A stretch of DNA of 38,131 nt, taken from the NCBI RefSeq assembly GCF_001194135.2, contig NC_068982.1, positions 32,285,004-32,323,134 of the forward strand, read 5' to 3'. This stretch comes from Octopus bimaculoides. Taxonomy: Eukaryota. Numbering within the stretch: position 1 is the stretch's first letter; every line of letters starts with the position of its first letter. The notes under the pieces were generated by a model. The model saw only the letters and a list, made by a program, of their open reading frames with translations. It did no database searches and was not told the origin of the DNA. Made by a program: the position numbers and the translations under genes. This document shows, in pieces, positions 10,348 through 24,185 of this stretch.

Positions 10348-12329
10348 CTTTGTTGAAGGGTTCACCCGAAATGTCAGGCTACTTTTCTTTTGTATCGGTG
10401 TAACTATTTAAAAAAATATTTTTACATTTCGTCCACCACTTTTTGAAATTTTGTATACCTGTTGTAACCTCTCACGTTGTCCGACTGTCCAGCTCCCCTT
10501 GTTCCGTTTTTGCTATTTCTACTTATGATATGATATATGATGTATATGATATGATATATACATGATATGCACACTTTGAACTCTTTGGAAAATTCGGGAA
10601 ACTCCGGCTTCATGGATATATATGGACTCGAGGCAGACATTTCCTAACTTCTTGAAAGTTTTGTTTTGCAAGCTCAGAACTGAACTGTCTGAATTAATAA
10701 CCTACTGAACTAGACTGAATGTTCTAAGTTTAAATATACATGCTTTGTAGTGTTTCTCGGAACACAATTTCAGTTTATATGTTAATTTTCTGGAATGTAT
10801 CCTCAATGTTAATTAAACACCCATTGTGTAATGAAAGTAGTGCTTTAAACATTCCTCGAAGAAACATTTTATTACACTATTGCTCGTGTCTTTGCCCCCA
10901 ATATTTATTTCCATCTGAATTCTAAATTATCAACGAAAACACGTTTGTAATGCTTCCCATTACGATTTAGGAGCTATTCCTCCTTGGCTGTTTAGCAATT
11001 TCACTATCTTTCCTGATGAATAAATTGATTTCACTTTGGTTCACACTGTCATATGTTTTTGACATTTTGTTTTTCATTCAAAATTTTTGATTGAAATTCT
11101 GAGAATTTAAACTAGTTTAAACAATGCATTTCATCGATAAACACCTTGTTGGAGAGAATTCATAGAATCAAGTTCTGAGAAAAGTATTTATAAAGTTTAT
11201 ATTTGCTTAGTTTACAATTGTCTTCATGCTTTTATATTTTATTATTTTTGCTAAGTGTGTTATTAAGATGCATATCATCTAAAAAAACAAAAACCACCTT
11301 TTAACATTATAAAAATCGTATTCTTGGGTAATATTTGTGCATATCTAGTAGTGTATGTTGTTGAGTTAAACTAAATCCAATAAAATGTTTTTAATTATGA
11401 GTTAGCATTGTTCCTACCAGATACTGGTCAATAATCTTTTCGAGCAAGGTTTGAGATATTGTATTATTTATACTTTCACACGATTTTAGCAACAGAGAAT
11501 TAAAAAATTCAACTGGTGATCGAAAATGCCAAGCGACCTCCGTCATCTGCTGCTTATCTCTTACTTTGACGTCTACCTGAAGAGATTAATATTTACATTC
11601 ATGCACTTTAAGACAGAATACGCAAGTAATTCTATAATCAATTACTAGAGTAGATATTATACGGCTTACTGATTTTATAATGTAAATTATCAATCATTGT
11701 TCAAATATTTGAAGTTTCGCTGAAAAAAGAAAATTAATTTTCACGTATCTAGTGACATTCTCGGAACATTATCCCATTATCACGGCATCGTGAACACCCG
11801 ATTTTATTTCCTGAAAATTTCCATAAATATGTTATTTTATGCACCTGCTGGCATTATTTTCAAATCTCAACAATCTTGTATGATATTTCACAGGAACGGC
11901 AGAGCCTTATTCTCTTAATGAACATCCTTACCATTTTGATTTACTTTTTCCGTTTATATACCTTTCAGCTGGTGTAATATTATTTAAGAATTAATATATG
12001 GCTCATATGGCTTTAATAATTGGAAATTATATACACTTATAGGAGGTGAAATGGTATAACTATTTAGACTCTCCACGGCTTGTGAAATTCCTGTTTGAAC
12101 TACTATCGATCAAATAGTGTAGAAAGCATGTGAGTAGAAAAGTGATTCAAAAGTACTAGAAGTTCTCGTTAGAGAATGATTTAGTATGGAAAGTGTCTGC
12201 GAAACAGACATAGTAAAAGTAACAAAAAGATATGGACCTCAGTTAGGACTAATTCAATTAAGAAGAGACCGTTGAAGTAGCGAGAGATAAGGTTGAGATA
12301 ATACGTTGTGGCCGGTGGCAGTAGCATGA

Positions 12330-12780
12330 TTTTTTTACGAATAAGTTAAATGGCTTTCCTTTGAATGCAGTCGAGAATAATCGTGTGTAGCAGCATTAGC
12401 AGTCTAAATATAAGAGTACTATAATGTGGATAAAATATAAATTTTAGCAATATGTTTGTGCAAAGCGATTGGGCTGTACAAAACTGCTTTTTCACATGAT
12501 TGTTACATCTTGCCGATATGCTAAGGCGGTTCCATAATGTTTGAATAATCTGTGCATCAATAAAAGATACGAGAGAAGACAGCAAGAGATACTGACTGTA
12601 CGAAATAGCATAAGTTTCTATGTTTGTGCCAACCGTATTCGTTGGAATTGTAAGAAAATGGAATGGAATTTTGGGCAGTGATATCACAAATGAGGAAGTC
12701 CAGACCAGAAAGTATCATTTTAACAACATCTGTTGGTTGGAGGGATTCAGGAATCAGTCGTGATAGAAGATGAATTTAAA
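12330..12780 (+). mobile_element. Highly decayed RTE-like LINE ORF2 C-terminal relic
   Basis: Reads ..SDITNEEVQTR.. near 12675-12710, resembling the ITNEEV motif at RTE ORF2 C-termini; the rest is riddled with stops. Confidence 0.35.
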
Positions 12781-13520
12781 GGAGTCAAAACGGATTTAGC
12801 CAGTGTAAGTGATAGTCATTGTTTCTCTTATTCAGAGTAATTGCACAGCAGATTTTATGTAAGAGCAGATACCACCTTCGAGAGCGAAATTCGAATATAT
12901 GGAAAAGCTTGTACAAAATATTTGAGTTTGAATTAGCGAATGAGAGATATGTATCAGAAGGTAATAATATTTGGAATTCACATGTTTCTATGAGTTGATT
13001 GGTAAGATTAAACCTTGGTGTTTATAGTCGGTACGGAAAGCAAATGACATCTTCATAATATAGCCGCAGTAATAATATAGAACTGGAGGATTTGCAGTCA
13101 GGAAAAGCTAATTCATGGACATTTTTAGATGTTTCTCTGACCGGAAGCTTTTGCAATGAAGTAAAATCTTGTCTCTTCATACAATTCATCAGACAAAATG
13201 TTGGCAAAACAGTAAAGTATGACTGCAAAATATCATTTGTATATAATTAAGATACCATAACATTAAAAGTTAGACTTTCTGCGGACAGAAAAACTCTGTA
13301 AATAAGTATTATATCTTAAGAAAAACAGTATAATGTTCCACGATATATTTGAGCGATGAATTTGACACATCACAGTATTCACACCTTAGGAAGTCCTATG
13401 CGTTTAGATTATAATGCATGGGAATTTTTGAAGTTCGAACTACTGAGAAGTATCACATTCGAAATGTCTTACCCTCTGCAGACATCTGGATAAAACTCTG
13501 CTGACTATCAGAAACATTTA

Positions 13521-13574
13521 AAATATGTTCTCACGCCTAAATATATGTTCTCACGCCTAAATATATGTTCTCAC
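13521..13574 (+). repeat. 20-bp tandem repeat (aaatatatgttctcacgcct) x ~2.7
   Basis: Direct reading. Confidence 0.95.
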
Positions 13575-13630
13575 TGAGTAGGGAATCCATCATAGCTTAG
13601 TCCCTTCTACACCTTAGATAATACGCTTTT

Positions 13631-13664
13631 ATGCTAGTAGCCTCGTAGAGGGGGCTACTAGCAT
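13631..13664. other. Perfect 12-bp hairpin ATGCTAGTAGCC / GGCTACTAGCAT, 10-nt loop
   Basis: Direct reading. Confidence 0.9.
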
Positions 13665-16600
13665 CAACAGGGGATACACACATACGTATATACATACATG
13701 TGTGTATGCACATAGGTATCTGTAGGAGTTTGTGCATGTGTTTCCCTCCCGTTCTTTTAGAAGTATTCTTTTTAAACCTAAAACAATCTAAGGGACTTAA
13801 TTTGACTTTCAATGTACCTTATTCATGCACATTATTTCTCACTTTGGTTAATATATTTTTTTATTTTTACCGTTCATTCTCGCTACTTATCTGTAGCTAG
13901 ACGAGTACTTCGCCTGAATATTTGTTGTTACAACCAAAAATTGCATCCTCCCTGAATAGAATTGATTTGTATCTTCACGGACCTTAACTAGTCATTTTAG
14001 TATTTTTTATAAAGACCACTTTTAACTCTTCTATAAACTGAGTTCTCTATACTTGTTGAAAATTATCCATGTAGTAATTACGCGTGTGTATAATCATACG
14101 TGTGTGTGTGTGTGTGTTCACACACACCTTAATGTCTTTTGGCAATTTAACATTAAACTGAAACCTTATTCAATATTTTTTAGTAGTGTATATGCTTATT
14201 TTTGTTTTACAAAGAAAAGGTTGAGGGTGATTTTTGTGTATGTATTTATGGTTGTGCATTTCAATTGCAAAAACATGGAAAATCCCCAACTGGAATCGTT
14301 CCCTTTGCCATAGGTACTACAAAGAAACGTAATACCTGTTGGATGTGTGGAAGGGTCTTTCTTTAAGTAAAGACAAACGAAATGCAATTGGTAAGGAGTG
14401 ACACTATTTGAATTGATAAAGAACCTACTACTACTACGACTACTACTATTGCTGCTTCTGGTGTTGCAAGTAGTAGTGGTAGTAAGTTCAGTATTCGATC
14501 TATTTAAGGTTCAATTATATGTTACATGGGTCGGCAAGAGAGCAGAACGAAAATGAATTAAACATATTTCCGGTTTTCTGTTGTTAACCATCTTAACTGC
14601 ACTAACCCTCTTAATAGCTTCATAGATCTTTACATTATTCGGTATAGACTTCTTACAACATTCACTGATTAATTTAAATGTAGCTAGAATAGTAAATATT
14701 AGGTTAAATGATTCAAAACGTATACTCATTGCGCGATGTATTCAAAGCAAATACAGTGAAGATTTACAATGGATACGGCGAATAGAATGTGTTATGATGG
14801 CAATTCCGTCACGTAAAACTAATTGATTCGTCCATCAGACAATAGACTTAAGTTCGCAAATGAAATTCAGAAATATCTTCTTGTTACGACAAATTGTTGA
14901 ATATAAACTAAATTGTATGTGTTGATGTGCATTCGGGTAATAAAAATACGACTAACAATGATTGCTTCTAAACACAGTATTTGATACAAGGAGAGAGGGA
15001 GCTTCACCGAGATTATCAGCCCCATTACTTAGCTGGTTCTTTATTTCACTGAGCCTGAAGGAGAAATTGAAGATTGCCTCCGTGAAATTTGAACTTAATT
15101 CTGACGGAATTGTATTGCAAAAGCAAATCTACTCTGTCTTCATTTGAGGCTGACCGCAGATTGGTGGCGAATAGTGGAATCGAATATCTTCTCTAAAATC
15201 ACAAATGTAAATTTTGCTCACTGAGATTTGTGCCACACATTGAAGTTAAGTAATTTTTAAAAAATTCAATTTACTTTCTTTATTTAATTATTTAGAAAAG
15301 CTTGCAAAACCTCTGAGTAGCTCCTGCAGTTTCTCCTGAGGCAAAGCATCTCTGATACTTTATTTCACCTATCCTTTTATTTTATTTTTATTACTTAAGG
15401 AATGGACAATCTAAACCTATTTGGTGATGGGGTTCAGGGGCGAAGTACTTCTACAAAAGTATTACCTATGTGATAACTGTAACTAACTTTAGCAACGTTA
15501 ACGTACCAAGCAGTGTTAAGTCGGCGTTTTAACTACGACTCGTATCAACATAATCAAAGTAGTATACATTTTTAATGCCAGTCTTACATTCTAACTGATG
15601 ATTGGTTAATTAGAGGCATTTTATCATTTGAAAATCTTTTCCGTCTTTTCATTTCAACAGAATTCTAATTGTATTTGTATTTCAACGAAATCCTATCACG
15701 CGTATTAGTGTCAGAAAAGACGAAACCATGCAGTCGAGGTATCTGCATTTCTTTTCTCTTACCGAAGCCTTTTAACTGTCTTGTATTAGATTAGCCAGCT
15801 TATAAAATAAAGTTAAGTTAAAGTTTATGAGCTACTTTCCATGAATTCATTTTTTTTTGTCAATTTATTATTTTTTAAACTTATATTTAATAAGTTGATA
15901 TTACAAGTTGGAGATTGAATGTAAAATTTCATGTTAGCAAACATAAGATTTGTATTTCAAGCTCGGTCTCTTATTTCAATAGATATACAAACTGATTATA
16001 TCTGTCAGTATTCTTCAGAAATGAAGTGACACTGCTACACATTACATTTACTGGTAAATGACTTTTAACTCGATCTACCTTGGAATTTCTGCTACTATAT
16101 TTCTACATCATATAAATTCAAGTGTTATGCTTTAGGTAAGATAGTGGAACTTCAATAGACTGCAAACCAGTATATTCGCATAAAAACCTTAAAATTATGT
16201 TTTGCTTTGATCCAGAGAGAGGACGTATGGACATTGGCAGAGAAAAGCAAAAAAGGAAGAAAGCTCAGTACGAAATGGAACCCCAATCCACCCTACCCCC
16301 TCTCAGACCCACCTTCTCCCCACAGACACCAAACCCACCCATTCTCTTCCTTCACAAAATAAAAAGAAAAAAAGAGAAACTGACACAAAATACAAAAACT
16401 TCCCTTCCCAGTGAAACAGGATATGTATGCATTTTAACGAAAGATGCACAGGAGGAACTGATCAATGCGGTGACTGGCTGGAGAACGGCAAAATATGTAG
16501 ATATGGAAGGACAGGCAAGTGTAGTAGGTTGGGACATGTGTCTGTTGATGTCGCAACTTCAAAGGGATGTAATTGTTAAATATAAAAGGGGATATAAGTG

Positions 16601-18035
16601 TTGGAAGACGGACATAGATATAAAAAGGATACCGGCAAGAATAGGGTACGAGGAGCTACGGGAAAACTTTAATCTAGACGTTCTAAAAGTATCAGGACTT
16701 AAAAAGAAGTGATGTGGCTAGGAGTGGGGCTAGCAGCTCATTTTCATTTACTCATTTTCATGAATCATACATATCATAATTAAATTGTTTTTTATTTTAA
16801 TTTTTTGTTATATGTCCCCACATGTGTTTGTATTGTCTCATCTGTGTTGGCCCCTTGTGGGCAATAAAAAATCCACTTATTCTTAGTGCAAGTCTTGAAG
16901 AGTGCAGTTCGATTTTTAACAATTATTTTTTCAAAGCTATGTAGTGAAACTACTTCCCGCCATTAGATACAAACTACTATCGCCATTACATACAATCTTC
17001 TCATTTAAATATAAATAAACGCGAGCGTAGTANNNNNNNNNNNNNNNNNNNNNNNNNNNNNNNNNNNNNNNNNNNNNNNNNNNNNNNNNNNNNNNNNNNN
17101 NNNNNNNNNNNNNNNNNNNNNNNNNNNNNNNNNNNNNNNNNNNNNNNNNNNNNNNNNNNNNNNNNNNNNNNNNNNNNNNNNNNNNNNNNNNNNNNNNNNN
17201 NNNNNNNNNNNNNNNNNNNNNNNNNNNNNNNNNNNNNNNNNNNNNNNNNNNNNNNNNNNNNNNNNNNNNNNNNNNNNNNNNNNNNNNNNNNNNNNNNNNN
17301 NNNNNNNNNNNNNNNNNNNNNNNNNNNNNNNNNNNNNNNNNNNNNNNNNNNNNNNNNNNNNNNNNNNNNNNNNNNNNNNNNNNNNNNNNNNNNNNNNNNN
17401 NNNNNNNNNNNNNNNNNNNNNNNNNNNNNNNNNNNNNNNNNNNNNNNNNNNNNNNNNNNNNNNNNNNNNNNNNNNNNNNNNNNNNNNNNNNNNNNNNNNN
17501 NNNNNNNNNNNNNNNNNNNNNNNNNNNNNNNNNNNNNNNNNNNNNNNNNNNNNNNNNNNNNNNNNNNNNNNNNNNNNNNNNNNNNNNNNNNNNNNNNNNN
17601 NNNNNNNNNNNNNNNNNNNNNNNNNNNNNNNNNNNNNNNNNNNNNNNNNNNNNNNNNNNNNNNNNNNNNNNNNNNNNNNNNNNNNNNNNNNNNNNNNNNN
17701 NNNNNNNNNNNNNNNNNNNNNNNNNNNNNNNNNNNNNNNNNNNNNNNNNNGACGACCTGTCTTTGATTGTGTTCTTATATGTCGCATTCACACTCTCACA
17801 CAGACATACATCTTTAACGCTACAATAAATATCTCTGTTATTAATCTAATACGGTTGTGGTCTTTCATTACTGGTCATCTATGTTATCGTCGTATAACAT
17901 ATCATGTATATCATCATTTGATATAATATTGTGTGTTCGACCGTGTGACACGTTTAAATAAAAGGAGTCCTCTGTTTTTCCATTCGTCACCATTTCTCCT
18001 TTTTTGAGTACACACGGTCGTTCCTTACAGCTATA

Positions 18036-18698
18036 ATGGAAGTGACATAGGAGCATATTCGGTACATCTTACTTTGTGTTCAATAAAGGCAACAACGCAA
18101 CGGAAAGTGAGAGGAATATTAATGCAGTATATAGGGATCGGACAACAACCGTAAGCCAGTGTCAACGGTGGTTCCAGAAATTTCGAGCTGGAAACTACAG
18201 CCTAGAAGACGATCTTCATCCTAGATTTGTAGAGCTCGACGAAAACTTTCTGCAAACCCTGGTGGAACAAAATCCCATCGTAACCGTTGAGGAACCAGCA
18301 GAAAAGCCTGGAATTCGTCATTCAAGTCGTTCAAATCAGCGCTAGATGTTCTATCAGGATAATGCTCGGCCACATACAGCGAGAATGACTTTCCAAAGGT
18401 TGGAGCTGTTTGAATGGGAAACGATGCCCCACCCACCATATTCGCCAGACATTGCCCCATCTGATTTGGACGGAAAAATATGAATTCTATAGACCAGGTC
18501 AGAACAGTACTGGAGGAACATTTTTCGTCACGAACAAGTAAATTCTAGAAGGGGCCTTGAAAGTCTACCAGATAGATGGAAGAGCATTGTAAAGAATGAA
18601 GGAGAGAATATTATACATTAAAAAAGAACTTTGTTTATCTTAATTTTGAAAAATAAAAGAAATATAAAAAACCGCATTATTTATGGGATGACCCAATA
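18036..18698 (+). mobile_element. Internally deleted mariner (second subfamily) with 3' TIR
   Basis: MEVT*EHIRYILL, FNKGNNATES.RNINAVY, CQRWFQKFRAGNYSLED; after a deletion near 18325: QDNARPHTA, PHPPYSPDIAPSD, LPDRWKSIV; ends cgcattatttatgggatgacccaaTA. Confidence 0.92.
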
Positions 18699-18780
18699 TA
18701 ATAAAGAATATACGCACATACATGTAATATGCATATACAAACTAAACAAATATACATATATAGATATACATATGCGTATG

Positions 18781-19049
18781 TATATTATGGACTCCCTTCG
18801 GTCATGAATGACAATGGGATTGTACCTTCAAACCCGGGTAAGGTTGTTTGTGGAAGACCAGAGTTGCTCATGCATACCAGTTTTCCCTCTCCACGTCACC
18901 GATATTATCCAATGGAAAAGCAAAGGCTGATACAGCTTGGCACCAGTGACGTCGCAACGTGAAATAAAGTGTCTTGCTCAATAACACAATACACAACTCG
19001 ATCCGGGAATCATACTCACTACCTCATGATTATGAACTTGGTGCTCTAA
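18781..19049 (-). mobile_element. SINE family C, near full length with internal deletion
   Basis: Minus head gtgaaggcgcatggctcagtggttagagc; body matches 5053-5243. Confidence 0.85.
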
Positions 19050-19450
19050 CCACTGAGCCATGCGCCTTCACATGTATGCATCTTTATATAATATACATAT
19101 GGAAGATCCTAGAGAAGTTGGCATCAAATTTTGGTCACGAGTTATACAAGCCCCCCACACACACACACCCACACAAACAGGACGTTACTGCATTGTTCCA
19201 AAACTCCCACACAACCAGTATAAAGTACTGTCATAGCTTGGGATTCAAAGGCCTACGGTTATTTAATCTTGTTATAGAGGTCTACATGGAGTTGAGGTAG
19301 ATGTTTTCAAGGAGCAACAAGGAAGAAAATGAAAATTAATGTTCAAGATCTCAGATGAGTCTACACCACGGCAAGAAACTCAAACGAGGACAGTAATATC
19401 AAACTCATACCTTCACCAAAAACTAATATTCATTGAAAAGGTTGTGTTAC

Positions 19451-19636
19451 TGGGTAAAAGAAAATACAGGAAGGTCAGTTAATTGATTTTATTCAACATA
19501 TTCTCCTCTCAGATTCACACACTTATTGCAACAGTCCTTCAGTTTTTCTGAACCCTGTAAAAGAACTCGGAAGTTTGGGCCTCCAACCAGGCCTTTCGTG
19601 ATACCCGTAAAGCCGAGCACTTTTCAGCATCCCATC

Positions 19637-19639
<3 letters not shown>
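19451..19639 (+). mobile_element. Mariner-derived MITE, copy 2 (left TIR missing)
   Basis: Matches copy 1; ends acttttcagcatcccatcgTA. Confidence 0.85.
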
Positions 19640-19675
<36 letters not shown>

Positions 19676-19704
19676 GGCCTTATGATTCCAAGGGCTCGAA
19701 AATG

Positions 19705-19920
19705 TGTGACGTGTGTCTTTGTACCCCACCTCGTTTGATGACCAGTGTCGCTTTTTTTACGTCCCCATACACTAGCGATTCGACAAAAGAGACCGATAGA
19801 ATAAGTACCACACTTAAAATTATGAACAGGGGTAGATGTGTTCGGCTAAATTACTCAATGTGAGGCTCCAGCATGGTCGCAGTTCAATAACTAAAACAAG
19901 TAGAAGATACGATACGAAAG
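19705..19920 (+). mobile_element. SINE family A, diverged 3' part
   Basis: caaaagagaccgatagaataagtac...ctccagcatggtcgcag. Confidence 0.8.
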
Positions 19921-21364
19921 ATGAGTGCTAATGCTTAAACTTCGTTAGAGATTGAACTTAAAATTCAAGCTACAAAGTAATAGTTACTAAGATAATATTC
20001 TGAATTTATATTTAAATAACAAACTTAGAAAACATATTCAAATAAAAAATAATACAATTTGTTGGAAAACTTCATGTTATTTGTCTGTCCATATAACTCA
20101 AACAAAACATGAACGTAAAACAAAAACATTTAAAAAAAAATTAAATTCCAATAAAATGTTATTCCAACGTGATAAAGTTAATCAACAGAAATTTTTTGCC
20201 AGCAAAAAATCGTACCCTTTCTGACAATTTCAATAGTTCCTTTTCCAACAGACATACTTCTAGCAAAATGAAAATTAATGTCACATTATATTAGTAAGAG
20301 TGCAATTTTATATTATACTTTATTCACCAATGTTCCTAATTTAAAGGAAAGGTGTAAGGCAATTTAAATTTTAAAAATCAGAATATGATTTTTGAGAGAA
20401 AAAAAATAATATAAATGAAGCAATTTAAGAAAATAATAATAATGATAATAATGAGGAGGAGGAGGATAGTGATAGAGACTATTGCGGTAGTGATTGGGGA
20501 GGTGACGACGAAAATGGTGCTTATAATGATGACGATCACGTTCATAATGATAATAATTTATACATATAATCATTTAGAAATAATTTTGGAAAAGAATAAT
20601 TGGTTCCCTGAAACACTATGCTTGATATCTCTGCTAATATTAATCATTTTGATGTTTTGTTCTAACACCTGCCTCAGTTTTAGATTTAATGCTCTACAAG
20701 ATAACTTAATAACAATATTTGAAAATAAAAGCTATTGAAGCCAATACAGATGTCAAGCTTTACCTTATATGGAAATCTGCAGCGAATGCCAAAGACCAAA
20801 TGACAAATTCTGTTTATTTTCCTGTTACTATGGCAGACGAGGTAATCAAGAATTTATGGATAGTAAATTTATTAGAAATTATTGGACAGGAGTAAATTCC
20901 ATCTATTTAATATGTATAGGTGAAATTTAAGATAATGCAGAATTGTTATTTAGCAAGCTTTCATTGGCAATTCAGAAAGTTTGCTTAAAATAAACCGTCA
21001 AAGAAAGTGAGGGGGAATATGGAAATAACAAAAATTACTGTTTAAATGTGAGCCACTATCAATTTTGCTGTTGAAAATTTATGAGGAATTAAGGTTAGTA
21101 GGATTTAGAGAACGGAATTGTAAGTGTACGGCTTTTATTTTTTTCTTAAATTGGAAAGTATTTTAGGGAGATAATCAAATTTTATCTTAAGCTTACTAAC
21201 GATAAAAAATAAATGAATAACATTGTTTAAGCTGCCAAACTTATCACTTGCAAATAATGGATTTGGATTCCATTACTAGAGTCATTTAAGATGGCGAGTT
21301 GGCGGAATCGTTAGCGTATTTGTGCCAAAATTAGAATAATCATAATTACTTGAAAACTTATTAA

Positions 21365-21565
21365 AAAGGCAGCAAGAGGCAGAATCGTTAGTACACTGGA
21401 CGAAGTACTGAATGGCATTTCGTCTGTCTTATGTTCTGAGTTCGAATTCCGCTGTGATCGACTTTGCTTTCCATTCTTTCTAAGTCTATGAAGTCATTTG
21501 ATCATCAAGGTCGGTGTAATCGACTATTCCCCCCCCCCCAATTTTAGGTTCTGTGTCTATAATAG
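21365..21565 (+). mobile_element. SINE family B, diverged (head-only fragment upstream at ~21285-21315)
   Basis: ggcagaatcgttag head, ctgagttcgaattccg, atcgactatt. Confidence 0.8.
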
Positions 21566-21769
21566 CCACGATGATATGAACTATTTTATATGAAGTAGAG
21601 AAAAGAACTCACAATATACTTCGATGCAGCAATTTCTCTCTATTTCCTGATTTTTTAAATTCATTCTTGGAAATGAATTTTCATATAAAATATAAACCTA
21701 ATTAAATATTTATGCTGTTATCGTCCAAAAAACTCCTCAAACATTCTTTATCTTTATTAGAAAAAATAA

Positions 21770-21970
21770 TTCTTTCTACTGTAAGTACAAGACCTAAAAT
21801 TTGGATGGCGGGGTCTAATCGATTACGTCGACCCAGTGCTCGGCTGGTACTTACTTTGTCGACTCCAAAAGAAGGAAAGGAAAAGTCAACCTCGGTTACA
21901 CTTAAACTCAGAACGTGAAGCCTGACGAAATATTGCTAAACATATTGCCCAACGTGGTAACGACTCCACC
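21770..21970 (-). mobile_element. SINE family B, diverged
   Basis: Reverse-complement match to family B (ctggtactta, aaactcagaacgt). Confidence 0.8.
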
Positions 21971-22209
21971 TTTTTATTACAAAAAAAAAAATTTATTAAT
22001 TTCACTTATCTTACATCATAAAACTTCAGGTACCTCACCGTGAAGTATTCACTACTAGAAAGGACGATGATATATAAGTATTAGAAAGAACATTAAAAAA
22101 AAAAAAGAAAATGATGCATATAGTTCAGAAAACTTGATTATTAATACCTTCAAACTTATTTTAGTTATATACTATATTTTAATCGTTGGTCAAATGTAAC
22201 CGAATGAAT

Positions 22210-22281
22210 AAGTTCGTTTCGCAACCATGAGGTCCCGGATTCATTCTCACTGCGTGGCATCTTGGGTGAATGTCTATAGCC
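22210..22281 (+). mobile_element. SINE family A head fragment
   Basis: gcaaccatgaggtcccggattc...ctgcgtggcatcttggg...ctatagcc. Confidence 0.7.
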
Positions 22282-22664
22282 GTAGTTTTATCCATACACT
22301 GTGAGGGAAATACAATAGAAAAAACTGTATAGAAGCCCAGCGAGTGGACTGTATCTGTAAGTCAAACTGTATAGTATTGTAGCACACTGCTATTCTATGT
22401 TGTAGACCCTCAGTTCCGGATGTAGTTGAAGGGGTGCCGTAATGACATTCGACATGTCTTAAGCTTTTAATTAGACCAGCTGAAGCTCGTCCATCTCCAA
22501 CCGGTCTTTTCCAGAAACAGACAAATAGCAAGAAAGAAGAGTAAAGAACTAGTACTTCATTTAGGCTGAAAGGCAAAGATGATCTATGCGTAATTTTAAC
22601 ACCGATCGTACACAGCTGGAACGATTGTTGCAGTCATCTATCCGATGCTCTATCACAATGATAC

Positions 22665-23198
22665 TCATACTGGGCTCCGCGGTTCCCTAGGGGACCGCAA
22701 AGCGATTTTAAGGGGACTGCTAAGGTACGTTGAGACAGTTAAGTTTTCAAATTTTCAGACTTCAAATTTTTCGCATGCTATAATCTTTTTTTATCGTTGA
22801 CCTCAAAACCCCACGCCTCTCCTATACGCTCATTTGATAATCACACTTGTGGTACAACAGGTGTGATTGTCCGATGGAAAATATGCGGGTATAACGGTTG
22901 ATCGTGCAGGTGCTGCCGATATTCTACGCTTATATGATTCACCACGCCACTATTGCAATACACACGTTTGCATGTCTCTCGCCGTCGTTATCTTCACCGG
23001 TGTATGTTCCCGCATGAGCTTGCCCTTTGCCAGACACCAATTCTCATCCCGGTTCATAGTCCGGAAATCACTGTACACGAATGTATGTAATTTTTTCCGT
23101 GTTAATTAACCTGCATTTTACAGAGGACCGCTAATCATCGAAAAAAAAAATGTAAGGGGGCCGGCATATAAAATTTCTTGAAAAGTTTGAAAACACTA
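22665..23198 (+). mobile_element. Probable hAT-like non-autonomous element
   Basis: GC-rich subterminal gggctccgcggttccctaggggaccgc and right end aaaagtttgaaaacacta resembling hAT termini; left TIR eroded, no TSD seen. Confidence 0.4.
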
Positions 23199-24185
23199 TC
23201 GGTTCTGCTCACAGGCACTCACATTCTGCATGACAGCCGCATTAACCGTACATATTAATTTAGGGGCAGGTAATTCAGTTGATCGAATAATTGAATTCTC
23301 CTAGATGAACGACAGATTCATCACAATCATATTTATTCATACAGTCTCGTTTAGTTAAGTCTTGAAATCACGCTAGTATTTTACTGATCATTGTTGCATT
23401 ACCTCCAGTTTTGTTTTGTTTTGTTTTGTTTTGTTTTGTTTGTTTTAGTTTTTGCTTTGGAAAGCCTCTGTCAACTATTAAAAGGTAGATTTGTTTACTA
23501 TAGAATATAATTAAATTTGGAAAATATGAGAGAAAAATATCAAGCAGTTTACACAGTGACATAACATTGCATATTCTGCGGCAACATTTATTAAACTATT
23601 GGAAATATTTATTACCAATATCATCGGCAATTTTCTCACATAAAATCATATAACTAATGCCATTTTTTTAAATTTAAAAGCAACTTCAAATGCAATATTT
23701 CAAAATTAAAGTCTTCAATAGAAAGCAATATGGATTATGCAGTTTCGGATAACTTTCTCTCAAGTCGATTCTATTGAATTTGTTTGCGATATCACTAAGA
23801 TTGAGTCTTTGGATTTGCTTTTATATTTTAGATGATTAAATATGTTAAGTTATTCTTGGTCTTCATTATTTAGTAAAGTTTATGAATTTGTATATGGTTT
23901 CATGCCTTGTGGAAACAAGAATGTTGAAATTCTTCCTCGTCGGAGAGATTATATCATTAACGTTTTTGATAGTCATGAGAATATCAGTCAGAAGAATATG
24001 AGAGTGGGGATTACAGAGAAGAATATATATATATAAAAAAAAAACATGTGCCACTAGGCGCAAAAGTTCTTAATAGGAGGCTAGTAACAGGATTAACAAA
24101 ATGAAAAGTTCCAGTAGGGCAGCGATGAACTAAACGAAGACGGAATTCTATCACACACAGATTACATTAAAAGACGGAAAATATT

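Noticed and set aside
10348-10520. Possible Tc1-like terminal region truncating the SINE A head
   Set aside because: General resemblance only; no second TIR or coding relic found.
15710-15735. GTC-agaaaa-GAC-GAAAC stem II/GAAA fragment
   Set aside because: No upstream CUGANGA or variant core.
16937-17791. Long ORFs (260-284 aa here; similar at 5198-5874, 6389-6965, 26547-26963, 29338-30103)
   Set aside because: They are open only because they run through N gaps or microsatellites.
24167-24185. TTAAAA at the TSD as an L1-type endonuclease signature
   Set aside because: It is on the wrong strand relative to the minus-strand SINE and overlaps the SINE head.
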